From: a virus
Lineage: Duplodnaviria > Heunggongvirae > Uroviricota > Caudoviricetes
DNA: 64,000 nt
Virus record (IMG/VR): IMGVR_UViG_3300045253_000164
Span: 26,314 to 90,313 of that record
Strand: one strand, 5' to 3'
The position numbers and the translations under genes were made by a program. Below the pieces are notes generated by a model. The model was not told the DNA's origin. It was given only the letters and a program-made list of their open reading frames with translations, and searched no databases. This document shows positions 54,600-62,929 of this stretch, piece by piece; within the stretch, counting starts at the first letter, position 1, and each line of letters starts with the position of its first letter.

Positions 54600-55045
54600 G
54601 CCGCCCTCACTAGTCGCTCGCCGCGCCACTCATGGACACAGCCCGTCAGGTACTCCAGGAGCACCGTGGCCGCGAATTGCCATGAGTAGCAGACCATCAC
54701 GCGGTAGCCGTGCTGCTTCAGCTGCTCATGTCGGGCTGATTGTTCAGGACTGACCCGACCCGTGCCGGCCTTCATCTCGATGCACAGTCCGTGATAGCCG
54801 CTGCGCGGCACTAGCAACAGCAAGTCGGGCTCCCCAGAGCGGACACCTTCACTTTTGAGCCGCTGCACCCGGGCGACATTCGCCTTGAAACCGCCGCTGT
54901 AGCCGCCGGCGTTGGGTACGGCGAAGAGTTCCGCGAGCTCCGGGTAGCGTGGAGACATGCGGGCGCACCAATCGATCAACGCCACCTGCTCGTGGTGCTC
55001 GAGCTGGCGTGGCTTCTGCCGGGTGTGTGACAGCCTGAGCGCCAT
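54596..55045 (-). CDS. VRR-NUC domain nuclease
   Basis: EHHEQVALIDWC...LFAVPNAGG...PDLLLLVPRSGYHGLCIEMK...SPEQ...GYRVMVCYSW matches the VRR-NUC layout (PD-(D/E)xK-type). Confidence 0.65.
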   Translation of the reverse strand: MALRLSHTRQKPRQLEHHEQVALIDWCARMSPRYPELAELFAVPNAGGYSGGFKANVARVQRLKSEGVRSGEPDLLLLVPRSGYHGLCIEMKAGTGRVSPEQSARHEQLKQHGYRVMVCYSWQFAATVLLEYLTGCVHEWRGERLVRAA

Positions 55046-55654
55046 CTACGCCGCCTTCCTGACTGCCACGTCGCGCCACTCCAGGAACGGCCAGCGATGC
55101 CGCGCCAGCCGTGACAAGGTCCGGTACTGCTTGGGGATCTCCGGGCGTACCCGGACATGCAATGTCCGCGATACACCGACCCGAAACGCGACCCGTCGGC
55201 CATCAGGCGTCACCAGGATGTGGATGCAGTGCGGTCTCACCCGGGCGGCCTTGTAGTAGCCTGAGGCGTGGGGATGAATCCGCCACTGGTAGTGGACGAA
55301 ATGCACGCGGATCGGGGTCGTGCCGAGCAGTGCCACGACCCGCTGATGGTCGACGACAACCAGCTTCACCCCAGGTCTGCGGCGCATCAGCTCAGCGACG
55401 ATGCGCCCGGTGGGGCTCTGGCGGTACGCAGTGAGGGCTTGTGCGGTTCGGGCGTGATGCGCAGTAGCTAGCTGACGGCGCCGGCGTTGCTTACGATCGG
55501 TACAGCCGGCCTTCTGTAGCACGAGATGCACGGCTTGGCGGGTGAGGGGAATCCCGGTGCGCGCGGCAATCTCCTGGGCAATGGCGGCCAGGCTCGGCGT
55601 TGTCGGCTGGGCGGCCAGCTCGACGATGAGGGCGTTGCGGGTAGCACGGGTCAT
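55046..55654 (-). CDS. HTH DNA-binding protein
   Basis: 202 aa; N-terminal IAQEIAARTGIPLTRQAVHLVLQKAG helix-turn-helix. Confidence 0.4.
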   Translation of the reverse strand: MTRATRNALIVELAAQPTTPSLAAIAQEIAARTGIPLTRQAVHLVLQKAGCTDRKQRRRRQLATAHHARTAQALTAYRQSPTGRIVAELMRRRPGVKLVVVDHQRVVALLGTTPIRVHFVHYQWRIHPHASGYYKAARVRPHCIHILVTPDGRRVAFRVGVSRTLHVRVRPEIPKQYRTLSRLARHRWPFLEWRDVAVRKAA

Positions 55655-56331
55655 GGACGGACCTCGTTCCCCGCAAAGCTCAACACTTCCTGCGCGCAGC
55701 GCTTGGCGGCGATTTCGCAGTAGCGTTCCTCGATCTCGACGCCGATGGCCTTGCGGCCAAGCGTCTTAGCCGCCTCGAGGGTTGTGCCACTGCCTACAAA
55801 TGCGTCCAGCACTGTTTCACCTTCAAGGGTAGCAAGGGCAACCAACCACAGCATGAAAGCGATAGGCTTCGGGCACGGGTGGCCATTGTATTCTCCGGTG
55901 ACGTGCAGCCCCGGATGGTACATCACCCGCACAGTCGGCTCCTTTGTGGTGCGCGGTGGCAGTCCATAAAAGAGCACGGGATGCAGACAGTTGAATCCCC
56001 ATGCCCCAATGCCGCCGCCGTTTGGGCAAACTATTCCACCTATGTCTCTAGGGCCCGGATACGAATGCAGATTGCGAGAGCCGCAAAATATCGCCCCTCG
56101 CTTCACTCGTAACAGTGCTTCTCTAACTCGGGGAAGCACCTCGAGGCTGAAGGATTCTGCGGTGTCGTGATAGCCGTCCACCTGGTGCTTCGCGTGCTTG
56201 GTGTGAATGCCGGAGAACTCTACGCCATAGGGCGGGTCAGTCACCAATGCATCCGCCTCGAGGGCAGGCAGCACGTCGCGGCAGTCCCCATGGTACAGCG
56301 TCACCGCCGCGTCTTGGTAGTACGGCGTCAT
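55651..56331 (-). CDS. amino-(probably N6A) DNA methyltransferase, beta-class
   Basis: Start at MTPYYQD (ATG 56331). Motif IV LVTDPPYGVEF comes first; motif I LDAFVGSGTTLEAAKTLGRKAIGVEIE is at the C-terminus. Confidence 0.7.
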   Translation of the reverse strand: MTPYYQDAAVTLYHGDCRDVLPALEADALVTDPPYGVEFSGIHTKHAKHQVDGYHDTAESFSLEVLPRVREALLRVKRGAIFCGSRNLHSYPGPRDIGGIVCPNGGGIGAWGFNCLHPVLFYGLPPRTTKEPTVRVMYHPGLHVTGEYNGHPCPKPIAFMLWLVALATLEGETVLDAFVGSGTTLEAAKTLGRKAIGVEIEERYCEIAAKRCAQEVLSFAGNEVRP

Positions 56332-56413
56332 GGACGCCGCCCCCCCCCACGGGTGAACCAGGTGCCTGCAACGAGCAGGCAGAGGGTGAGGAAGACGAGG
56401 CCGGGTGGGTGGA

Positions 56414-56953
56414 TCATGCGGAGGCCTCCGCGGCAGCCGCACCAGGCCGGCGCCATCCAACAATCCCATTGAACGGCAATGGACGCTCGCCGGCCCGGTG
56501 CGAACGCCAGAACTGCTTCTTGCGCCGACTCAAGTGGCACGACACGCACAGCACCAACCGGTTCTCGTCGCGCCAGTCGCAGGCGTCGTTGTTTCGGTGC
56601 GTGTTGCACAGTCGCTCGGTACTGCCGCAGGCTTCACAATGCGTGCGCGGCGCGTGGCGCCACGGGCGTTGATGCGCGCCACCCTTCCAATTCCAGTGAC
56701 GCGGGCCGCCACGGGCAATCCGCTTGCGATGCTGGCGCGAGAGTCGCTTGCCGGTCCAGGGTGCGCAGAGCCGTCCCGCCGCCCGTGCTACGGCGCTCGC
56801 CTCAACGAGTGATCGCCGCGGTTCTCCGTGCCGGCGCAGCAAGGTGAGCACGCTGGCCGCGTGGCAGTGGTACCGCTCGGCAATCTGCCCACTGGACAGA
56901 CCATCACGATAGAGCGCCACGACGTCGGCGACTGGCAGGAGTTGGCGGCTCAT
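56414..56953 (-). CDS. HTH + HNH endonuclease
   Basis: N-terminal LSSGQIAERYHCHAASVLTLL (HTH); C-terminal CEACGS...LCNTHRNNDACDWRDENRLVLCVSCH (HNH with Zn Cys). Confidence 0.6.
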   Translation of the reverse strand: MSRQLLPVADVVALYRDGLSSGQIAERYHCHAASVLTLLRRHGEPRRSLVEASAVARAAGRLCAPWTGKRLSRQHRKRIARGGPRHWNWKGGAHQRPWRHAPRTHCEACGSTERLCNTHRNNDACDWRDENRLVLCVSCHLSRRKKQFWRSHRAGERPLPFNGIVGWRRPGAAAAEASA

Positions 56954-57291
56954 GTGTGATCCTCAGCGAATAGCGTCGCCGGATGGCCACAAGCGTTCGG
57001 TGACACCCACAGCACCTCAGTCCGTTTGCGAGCACCGTCGGCTAGGGCCTGTCGCTCCACGCGATGCCAGTCGGCATACAGCTCGCGGTCATAGAGATCG
57101 CATGCATAGCCAGACAAAATGACCATGCCCGTCACCGAACGGAGGACCTGCGCGAGCGCGCGATGATCCTCATTTCCCATCTCATGGCGATAGCCCTTGT
57201 TGGCCCTGAGCGTGTGCGGGCTGCGCGTAATCCGCATATAGGGCGGATCCACGTAGTGAAGCGTGAGCGGCGAATCATGTTGCAGAATCAC
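56950..57291 (-). pseudogene. C-terminal fragment of a Dam-family (D12-class) N6-adenine MTase
   Basis: LHYVDPPYMRI...GMVILSGYACDLYDRELYADWHRVERQALADGARKRTEVLWVSP parallels the Dam region from DPPY to the C-terminus. Motif IV lies at residue ~14. The ~170-aa SAM-binding N-terminal half is absent; the upstream frames encode unrelated small ORFs. Confidence 0.55.
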
Positions 57292-57718
57292 ATCAACCGC
57301 CGGTCGATTTTCGATTACAACACCAGCGAGCCGACGATCATCAAGGTCACGGCGCTGCTATACGCCGTCGCGGCGACCAGACGCATGGCGGTGATCGCCT
57401 CGCGCTCGTCCTGATCGACGGGGCGGCCGCCACTCGCCGCCTCTGCCTCTAGTTGCGCAAGATCGGCGCACGCGGCCGCGTCGAGCTTCTCCGCCTCATG
57501 CCTCATCTCTTCTGGGGTCATCATCTGCCGTTCTCCCAGGCCCCGAGCCGCATCAAGATGCGGGTGGCCGTGTTTCGCAGTGCCGTGCTCGCGTCCTTGA
57601 TTCCCACGGCGTTGTCCGAATGCGCCGCCCGGTGAAGCTGGAGCGCTTGCTCGCGCGCCAAGCCGGCGTCCTTCACGTTCGCCTTACGGCGCTGGATTGG
57701 CGTAAGAGTTTCAGCCAT

Positions 57719-59242
57719 CTACTTCACCGTCTTGAGCTGCACCTGGAGATCGCCGCTAGTCGCTCTAGTCGTGCTGGCAATCCCCAGCGTACCATCAGCG
57801 GCTCGATCGACCGAGACGCTGGCCGTGTCCAGGATCGATGCGACGTCTGTGAAGGTCGGTAGGACGCCGGGTATGTCGCTGACGGTCGCTTGCCGGAGCA
57901 CAGTGCCGCCGCTGGCGCCGGCCACCGGATAGAACGCGAGCCATGCACTTGGCTTGCGGAGAATCCTCGTCGTGAACCGCAGGCCCGGGCCCAATGAGTC
58001 GGCATCCACCGGCGGCTCGAGTAGAATGGTCTTGACGGCCGCTATGCCACCGGCAGACGGCCGTTGAAATAGCGTCAGCCGCGACTGCGTCAGGCGACCG
58101 CCAGCCGTGCCCTGTCTGTCGAGCCGCTCCGTCCAGAGCGCGGCGAAGTGCCCGGCCCCATCGCCCGCGAGTTGATTGTTCGTCTGCTCGAGAAAGGATC
58201 CGGGAATGATCCGACTCTGCGAGCTCGCAATGTTGGCGCGCTGATTCAGGGAATAGAGCAGGACGCCGCCCCACATGCTCCCGGCGTCGCAAACAACCGT
58301 GGCCAGCCAGCCGCCGGCGGGATTCCAGGCGAACGCCGGATTGACAGAATGCGATCCCATGACCTTGAGTGTGATCTGGATTCCGGGAGTGAACTTCGTC
58401 GCGCCCGTCAGTGAGCACTTGAAGAAGTAGGTGCATTGGTGCATCGGATTCGCTTGCCAATCCGACTCTGCGCCAATCAGCCAGCCATTGCCGTTGGTCT
58501 GCGGAAAGTCGACGTCGTTGGTGACCGGCATCATGTCGCCGATGCCGCCATGGACGCCCAGGAAGTCGAGTAGCGTGGCGAACGTCGACGAGAGGGTACC
58601 GGTGACCGGATCCAGCGTATAGAGCAGCTGATGCGTCGTGCGTGTGAGCGAGCCATCAGGACGCGGGGCCCCGAGCGGGCCGATCATCTCGTTGACGACG
58701 ATGCCAATCACCTTCGCCCCCGGGTGCCAGGCGGCCAGGTAGACCGGCTCCCGATCGTACCGATGGATATCGAGGAGCTTTCGGGCGGTGACCTTCGGCG
58801 TGCCATCGAAGCCATTGAGCGCATACCAGAGTTCCGAGACGGCATGCTGATCTTGAAGTCCAGCATCGACGCGATTCTGAATCCAGAGCATCGCCCAGCC
58901 GACGTCGGTGGCGAAGAGCCGGACGCGGCGAATCGCCTGGACGGCGTCGCTGTGCACAAGCCCCGCCATGTCGGGCTGCGGAGGCACGGCCGCAGGTAAC
59001 TCCTGCAGGAAGGCGCCGGCCGGAAAGGTCGTGATTTGACCAGCGACCGCTTGCGCGATGAGGTGCGCGTCGTTCATCGTCACCTTCCCGTCGTTGTCGA
59101 CATCGGCGCAGCGCTTCTGATCGGCCGTCAGCACCGAGGGCTTGCCAGCGGCGATCGCCTGCAGTTCTTGCTCGACGAGGACGACGTCCTGCATCGAGAG
59201 GGCTGCATTTCCGGAAACGTCACCGAGTAGTAGCTTCGCCAT
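57719..59242 (-). CDS. dockerin-repeat-containing protein
   Basis: 507 aa; N-terminal GDVSGNAALSMQDVVLVEQ and ADVDNDGKVTMNDAHLIAQAV form two dockerin-type Ca-binding repeats. The rest is a Gly/Trp-rich beta-type region. Confidence 0.5.
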   Translation of the reverse strand: MAKLLLGDVSGNAALSMQDVVLVEQELQAIAAGKPSVLTADQKRCADVDNDGKVTMNDAHLIAQAVAGQITTFPAGAFLQELPAAVPPQPDMAGLVHSDAVQAIRRVRLFATDVGWAMLWIQNRVDAGLQDQHAVSELWYALNGFDGTPKVTARKLLDIHRYDREPVYLAAWHPGAKVIGIVVNEMIGPLGAPRPDGSLTRTTHQLLYTLDPVTGTLSSTFATLLDFLGVHGGIGDMMPVTNDVDFPQTNGNGWLIGAESDWQANPMHQCTYFFKCSLTGATKFTPGIQITLKVMGSHSVNPAFAWNPAGGWLATVVCDAGSMWGGVLLYSLNQRANIASSQSRIIPGSFLEQTNNQLAGDGAGHFAALWTERLDRQGTAGGRLTQSRLTLFQRPSAGGIAAVKTILLEPPVDADSLGPGLRFTTRILRKPSAWLAFYPVAGASGGTVLRQATVSDIPGVLPTFTDVASILDTASVSVDRAADGTLGIASTTRATSGDLQVQLKTVK

Positions 59243-59245
59243 AAC

Positions 59246-59464
59246 TCACTTCCTTGCAATGCTGTCGACGCGCAAGCGGATGGCGAGGAGTCGAGTGTGC
59301 CACGCCTCGATCATCGCTATGAATCGTGCATCGTCATCGGAGCGCAAGCGCCCTAAGCCGATGTTGGCTTTCAGCGTCGCGAGCATCTCGCCCGCGAGAG
59401 CGTCCAGGTCCGTAGCCGCACCACCGAAGTCGCGCACCGCAGTGACCAGGGGATCGGCGTTCAT
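59246..59464 (-). CDS. hypothetical protein
   Basis: 72 aa from ATG 59464, ATGA-coupled. Confidence 0.3.
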   Translation of the reverse strand: MNADPLVTAVRDFGGAATDLDALAGEMLATLKANIGLGRLRSDDDARFIAMIEAWHTRLLAIRLRVDSIARK

Positions 59465-59703
59465 GCCCCACCTCGCAGCTTCGCCAGCGCCACGGTGGCG
59501 GCGTCGTGGGCCTGACGGAGCGCCGACATTGCTACGGCTCGGGCTGCCGTGGCCTGTCCAGTCGGCTGAGAAGCCCATGCGACGTAAGCGCGCCGACACT
59601 CCACCTCCGCCTCATGCTCAGCGATCAGCGCCGCGACCATCTGCGTAAGATGTTGTCGAGGGCGATGAAGAACGATGGCATCGCTTGCCGCCCTTGGCAC
59701 CAC
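59461..59703 (-). CDS. hypothetical protein
   Basis: 80 aa helical. Confidence 0.3.
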   Translation of the reverse strand: MVPRAASDAIVLHRPRQHLTQMVAALIAEHEAEVECRRAYVAWASQPTGQATAARAVAMSALRQAHDAATVALAKLRGGA

Positions 59704-59942
59704 GTTTTGATGCGTTCACCGACATTGCGCCACTCCTTTACTTCAGCCCGCGCCGTATCCCGCTCCTCGGTGACGCGGGTCAGGGCGGTGCGGAGGCGGT
59801 CAACTTCACGCCCTAACGGTGTCCGAACTACGGCGTCTGGAGCTACCGTTGCGTCAACGCGCCCTTGTCTATCGTCGCAGTTCGGACAATACGGATTCGC
59901 TATAGAAATTCGCGCTCCGCAAGTGTCGCATTCATTGTACAT
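59625..59942 (-). CDS. zinc-ribbon protein
   Basis: CDTCG...CPNC. Confidence 0.35.
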   Translation of the reverse strand: MYNECDTCGARISIANPYCPNCDDRQGRVDATVAPDAVVRTPLGREVDRLRTALTRVTEERDTARAEVKEWRNVGERIKTWCQGRQAMPSFFIALDNILRRWSRR

Positions 59943-59963
59943 GACGGACTCCTTTTGCGCGGC

Positions 59964-60212
59964 TCATCGCTCGGTGCCCTCCTGTGGGGGCTGCGACGGA
60001 TGAAGATGCTCCCACTTCCACTCGGCTGGTTGCGCGTCGCCAATCGGTCGCGCGGGCACGTAGCAATGCACCGGGTGCCCGAATTTCGGCAGGTAGCACG
60101 CGACGCAGCGCCCCATGCGACTCAAGTAGTCGTACCAACGAAAGCCGCGAAACTCGTGCGGACCAACGGCGTTGGCCTGCTTCTCAGCATCTGTCAGCGG
60201 TTTGATATTCAT
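59964..60212 (-). CDS. hypothetical protein
   Basis: 82 aa. Confidence 0.3.
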   Translation of the reverse strand: MNIKPLTDAEKQANAVGPHEFRGFRWYDYLSRMGRCVACYLPKFGHPVHCYVPARPIGDAQPAEWKWEHLHPSQPPQEGTER

Positions 60213-60697
60213 CGTCCCTCCGGGCCGCTGTCGAGGGCGGCGAGTGCTACGAGCTTAGCGTGTAGATTCTCGTACAAGGCGGTTCGTTGCAGGTAGCCAA
60301 GGGTCATCGGGGCGTCGTCGTATGCCTTCGCCGCCTCCACCACCGCCCGCTCGCGCTCTGCACGCTGGATCAGGGCGGCGGTGTCGGGCGCCGGGGTAAC
60401 GATCAGGGCACCAGCCGCGTGGTACGCACACAGGAAGCCCGACTTGAGCATGTCGCTGTGAGGGATGCATTCGGCGCACGCCCAATCTGAGTTTGGCGCG
60501 CTGTTGAACCAGTAGAGCTTGGAGAGCAGTGATAGTACGGTACCCCGCCCCGCCTCGCTGGCTTGGAGCTGGGCGTTGCGCTCAACAGCGTCGATGCGCA
60601 GGGAGCTGATAATCTCGTCGCGCTCAGCGAGCTGCCCCCGCAGCCAGGCGTTGCACTGCTCGGGGGTGTCGTGGGGCTGAGGGCAGGGGCAGCTCAT
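60209..60697 (-). CDS. hypothetical protein
   Basis: Start at MSCPCPQ (ATG 60697), ATGA-coupled. Confidence 0.35.
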   Translation of the reverse strand: MSCPCPQPHDTPEQCNAWLRGQLAERDEIISSLRIDAVERNAQLQASEAGRGTVLSLLSKLYWFNSAPNSDWACAECIPHSDMLKSGFLCAYHAAGALIVTPAPDTAALIQRAERERAVVEAAKAYDDAPMTLGYLQRTALYENLHAKLVALAALDSGPEGR

Positions 60698-60864
60698 GGA
60701 ATGAACTCCCACCAGAACTCATACGATCCCCACTCCAACTCGCGGCGCGCGAATACCTGCCACGCGAACGTGCCCTTCATGGCGTCGATGTTTTGAAGCA
60801 CCGTATTGAAGCGGGCACGGCCAATGCCGGGCCGTTCAAGGTCTTCGCTGATGTTCGCGCTCAT
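60694..60864 (-). CDS. hypothetical protein
   Basis: Start at ATG 60864, coupled. Confidence 0.25.
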   Translation of the reverse strand: MSANISEDLERPGIGRARFNTVLQNIDAMKGTFAWQVFARRELEWGSYEFWWEFIP

Positions 60865-61118
60865 CGCGGCCCCCGGTCGGGCGGGGTTGGCTCCCAAAAG
60901 CCCGGCGACCATACCTGCGGCAGTTTGGCACCGTCACGGAGTACGCGGATGCAGAAGTGATCCCCCGCCATTCCGCGCATGACCCACGCAACTACCGTTC
61001 CCGTATTGGTCCGTCCGTTTGCGGCGATGCCACGGGCGCTCACGCGCGTGCCCACGGGCAATAGTTCTTCTCGCCGCTTCCCGAGCGCTCGGACTTCGGT
61101 GTCGGATAGGAAGCCCAT
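60861..61118 (-). CDS. hypothetical protein
   Basis: Start at MGFLSDTEV (ATG 61118). Confidence 0.25.
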   Translation of the reverse strand: MGFLSDTEVRALGKRREELLPVGTRVSARGIAANGRTNTGTVVAWVMRGMAGDHFCIRVLRDGAKLPQVWSPGFWEPTPPDRGPR

Positions 61119-61120
61119 GG

Positions 61121-61525
61121 TCACGCCCCCGCTTTCGCTGGTGGCGGTTTCGGTAGGAGCTTCGCAAAGCACCGGCGCCCGACCTTGGTGTCGTCGGTAG
61201 GGTTGCCGTAACAGTCGGTGATGATTGCCCGCCCGTGCTCGGCGAGCGTCTGCAACGCCCACGCATTCGCCGTGAGCGCCATGCTGTCGAGGACGTCGGG
61301 ACGGTTGTCGTCGCCGGCGCAGTGCTGATTCGCCATGTCCGTGAGCACGTCGAGCAGTTCCCGCACCTGCCGCTCCTGCTCCTGCTTCTCCAGCCGCAGC
61401 CGGGCGACTTCGCGCAGGGTGTCGGTAAGGTTATGGATCGTGGCGGGCCGTGCGCCCGTTAGCCACGCCTCCTCCGCACCCGTCAGCATGTCGCGCTCTT
61501 CTGCCGTCAGATCGTCAGTGGCCAT
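61121..61525 (-). CDS. hypothetical protein
   Basis: 134 aa, acidic and helical. Confidence 0.35.
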   Translation of the reverse strand: MATDDLTAEERDMLTGAEEAWLTGARPATIHNLTDTLREVARLRLEKQEQERQVRELLDVLTDMANQHCAGDDNRPDVLDSMALTANAWALQTLAEHGRAIITDCYGNPTDDTKVGRRCFAKLLPKPPPAKAGA

Positions 61526-61940
61526 TGCGCGCCTCCGTTGGGGACTTCACCGCGGCAAGAATACTGTCCGCCTCGATCAGCGCCATGTCGATGGACCCCT
61601 TGTGCCAATCCCGCTGCGGCACTCCGACCTCGACGGCGTCGCGCAATTCCCGCAGCGCCAGGCGGGTGCGGGCCAGGTCGCGCAGGGCGGCGGCGTAGTG
61701 GTTGCGGGCGTGGACGATCAGGGCGGCATCCTCATCGGTGTTGCAGTCCGCCGTTTCGCAGGCCGCTACGATGGAGATCAAGCGGTTCGGCGGTTCCGTG
61801 CGTTCCCATGTCACATAGGGCGGCGAATGCGGTGTGCGAACCTTTAGCGTCCACTCCCCCGGCGTTGCCGCCGCGTCGAGCCGCAGCCCTTCGGCGATGT
61901 CAGCGTCCGTCAGCGCGGCGGGGCTCTCGTCCTGTGCCAT
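61515..61940 (-). CDS. hypothetical protein
   Basis: Start at MAQDESP (ATG 61940, 1-nt TGATG overlap). Confidence 0.35.
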   Translation of the reverse strand: MAQDESPAALTDADIAEGLRLDAAATPGEWTLKVRTPHSPPYVTWERTEPPNRLISIVAACETADCNTDEDAALIVHARNHYAAALRDLARTRLALRELRDAVEVGVPQRDWHKGSIDMALIEADSILAAVKSPTEARNGH

Positions 61941-62119
61941 CAGCCCACCACCGCTGAACAGCCCGCGTAGTGCGGGGTTCCGAGATGCAACATGGCCCGA
62001 CACTCCGGGCACTGCTGGAAGTGCGAGCAGGATTTCAGGTGGACGTTGAAGGTGCAGAAGCACTCCGGGCAGGGTGTGTCGGGCGTGATGATCTCGGTGG
62101 GCATGAGGGTGTCAGACAT
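61940..62119 (-). CDS. small Cys-rich zinc-binding protein
   Basis: 59 aa; CPECFC...CSHFQQCPEC; ATG at 62119 overlaps the upstream TGA (seen in sequence). Confidence 0.35.
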   Translation of the reverse strand: MSDTLMPTEIITPDTPCPECFCTFNVHLKSCSHFQQCPECRAMLHLGTPHYAGCSAVVG

Positions 62120-62670
62120 CACGCGACCTCGCCTGTGCTTGCATCGTGCGCTCGAAACACCTTGTGGCATCCGTGCACGAAGTCGTCGAAGTCAATGGCG
62201 ATAAGATCGAGGATGCGAAAGAGCCGCGCTACTTCCTCACGGGAGAGCGCCAGCATTGCCCCACCAATCGCCACATGCAGCGCCGCCTCTGCAACGAACG
62301 CCCCGGGCGTCATGTGCAACGCGCTAGCCGCCTCAGAGATCGCCGCCAATTCTTCCGCGTCGAATACACTGAGTACTGCATCCATTTCTGGTTCGCCGGT
62401 AATCCGATAAGTATCGACCGTGTCGAACGGAGCCGCCTTGCCACGCGTATGGTTGTGCGTGCTGCACACCGGCTCGACGCGCAACGGCTCCAAGTAACTG
62501 CGATGATCATACTGGCGCGCTGGCGTTCCGTCCCCGCAATCCGTGCACAGCCGCGCAGACGCTGGCGGAAGATGGCCCCGCTGCACTGCTGTCGAAATGA
62601 TCAAGTTAGCGAGGCCGCGCAACGTCCGATGCTTGGCGCGGTTAATCCGCCGATGAGATAGCTTTCCCAT
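62119..62670 (-). CDS. HNH-like zinc-finger domain fused to an RHH domain
   Basis: CTDCGDGTPARQYDHRSYLEPLRVEPVCSTHNH (HNH-like); C-terminal SVFDAEELAAISEAASALHMTPGAFVAEAALHVA is ribbon-helix-helix-like. Confidence 0.4.
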   Translation of the reverse strand: MGKLSHRRINRAKHRTLRGLANLIISTAVQRGHLPPASARLCTDCGDGTPARQYDHRSYLEPLRVEPVCSTHNHTRGKAAPFDTVDTYRITGEPEMDAVLSVFDAEELAAISEAASALHMTPGAFVAEAALHVAIGGAMLALSREEVARLFRILDLIAIDFDDFVHGCHKVFRAHDASTGEVA

Positions 62671-62685
62671 TGTGGGCGGACCCGC

Positions 62686-62862
62686 TTAGGCAGCTTGCAA
62701 CAGATCGTTCAGCGCCTTGCGCACGAACGGGCTCAGCTGATCATACCCGTGCCGTTTGGCGAGCGCTTCGTATCGCGCTCGGAGTTCTGCCGTGCAGCGG
62801 ACCATGATGTAAGCCTGGTCCAGCCGCGCCTTGGGCCGCGTGTTTCGCTTGGGGGTTTTCAT
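62686..62862 (-). CDS. 58-aa ribbon-helix-helix (CopG/Arc-like) protein, absent from the ORF track
   Basis: Translated by hand: MKTPKRNTRPKARLDQAYIMVRCTAELRARYEALAKRHGYDQLSPFVRKALNDLLQAA*. SD AAGGGGA is 4 nt upstream of the ATG. The left arm of the inverted repeat lies in its promoter region. Confidence 0.55.
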   Translation of the reverse strand: MKTPKRNTRPKARLDQAYIMVRCTAELRARYEALAKRHGYDQLSPFVRKALNDLLQAA

Positions 62863-62874
62863 ACGGTCCCCTTT

Positions 62875-62904
62875 TTAATGCGGACCGCAATACAATGTCA
62901 AGCG
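62875..62904. promoter_or_regulatory. left arm of the 30-bp inverted repeat (TTGACA-containing; -35/-10-like on the minus strand)
   Basis: TTAATGCGGACCGCAATACAATGTCAAGCG; its reverse complement is 28/30 identical to 63325..63354. Minus-strand reading gives cgcTTGACA-N17-TTAAAA, then SD-ATG of the 58-aa RHH gene. Confidence 0.5.
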
Positions 62905-62929
62905 AATAGTTAGCGGAGCGGAAACTTTT

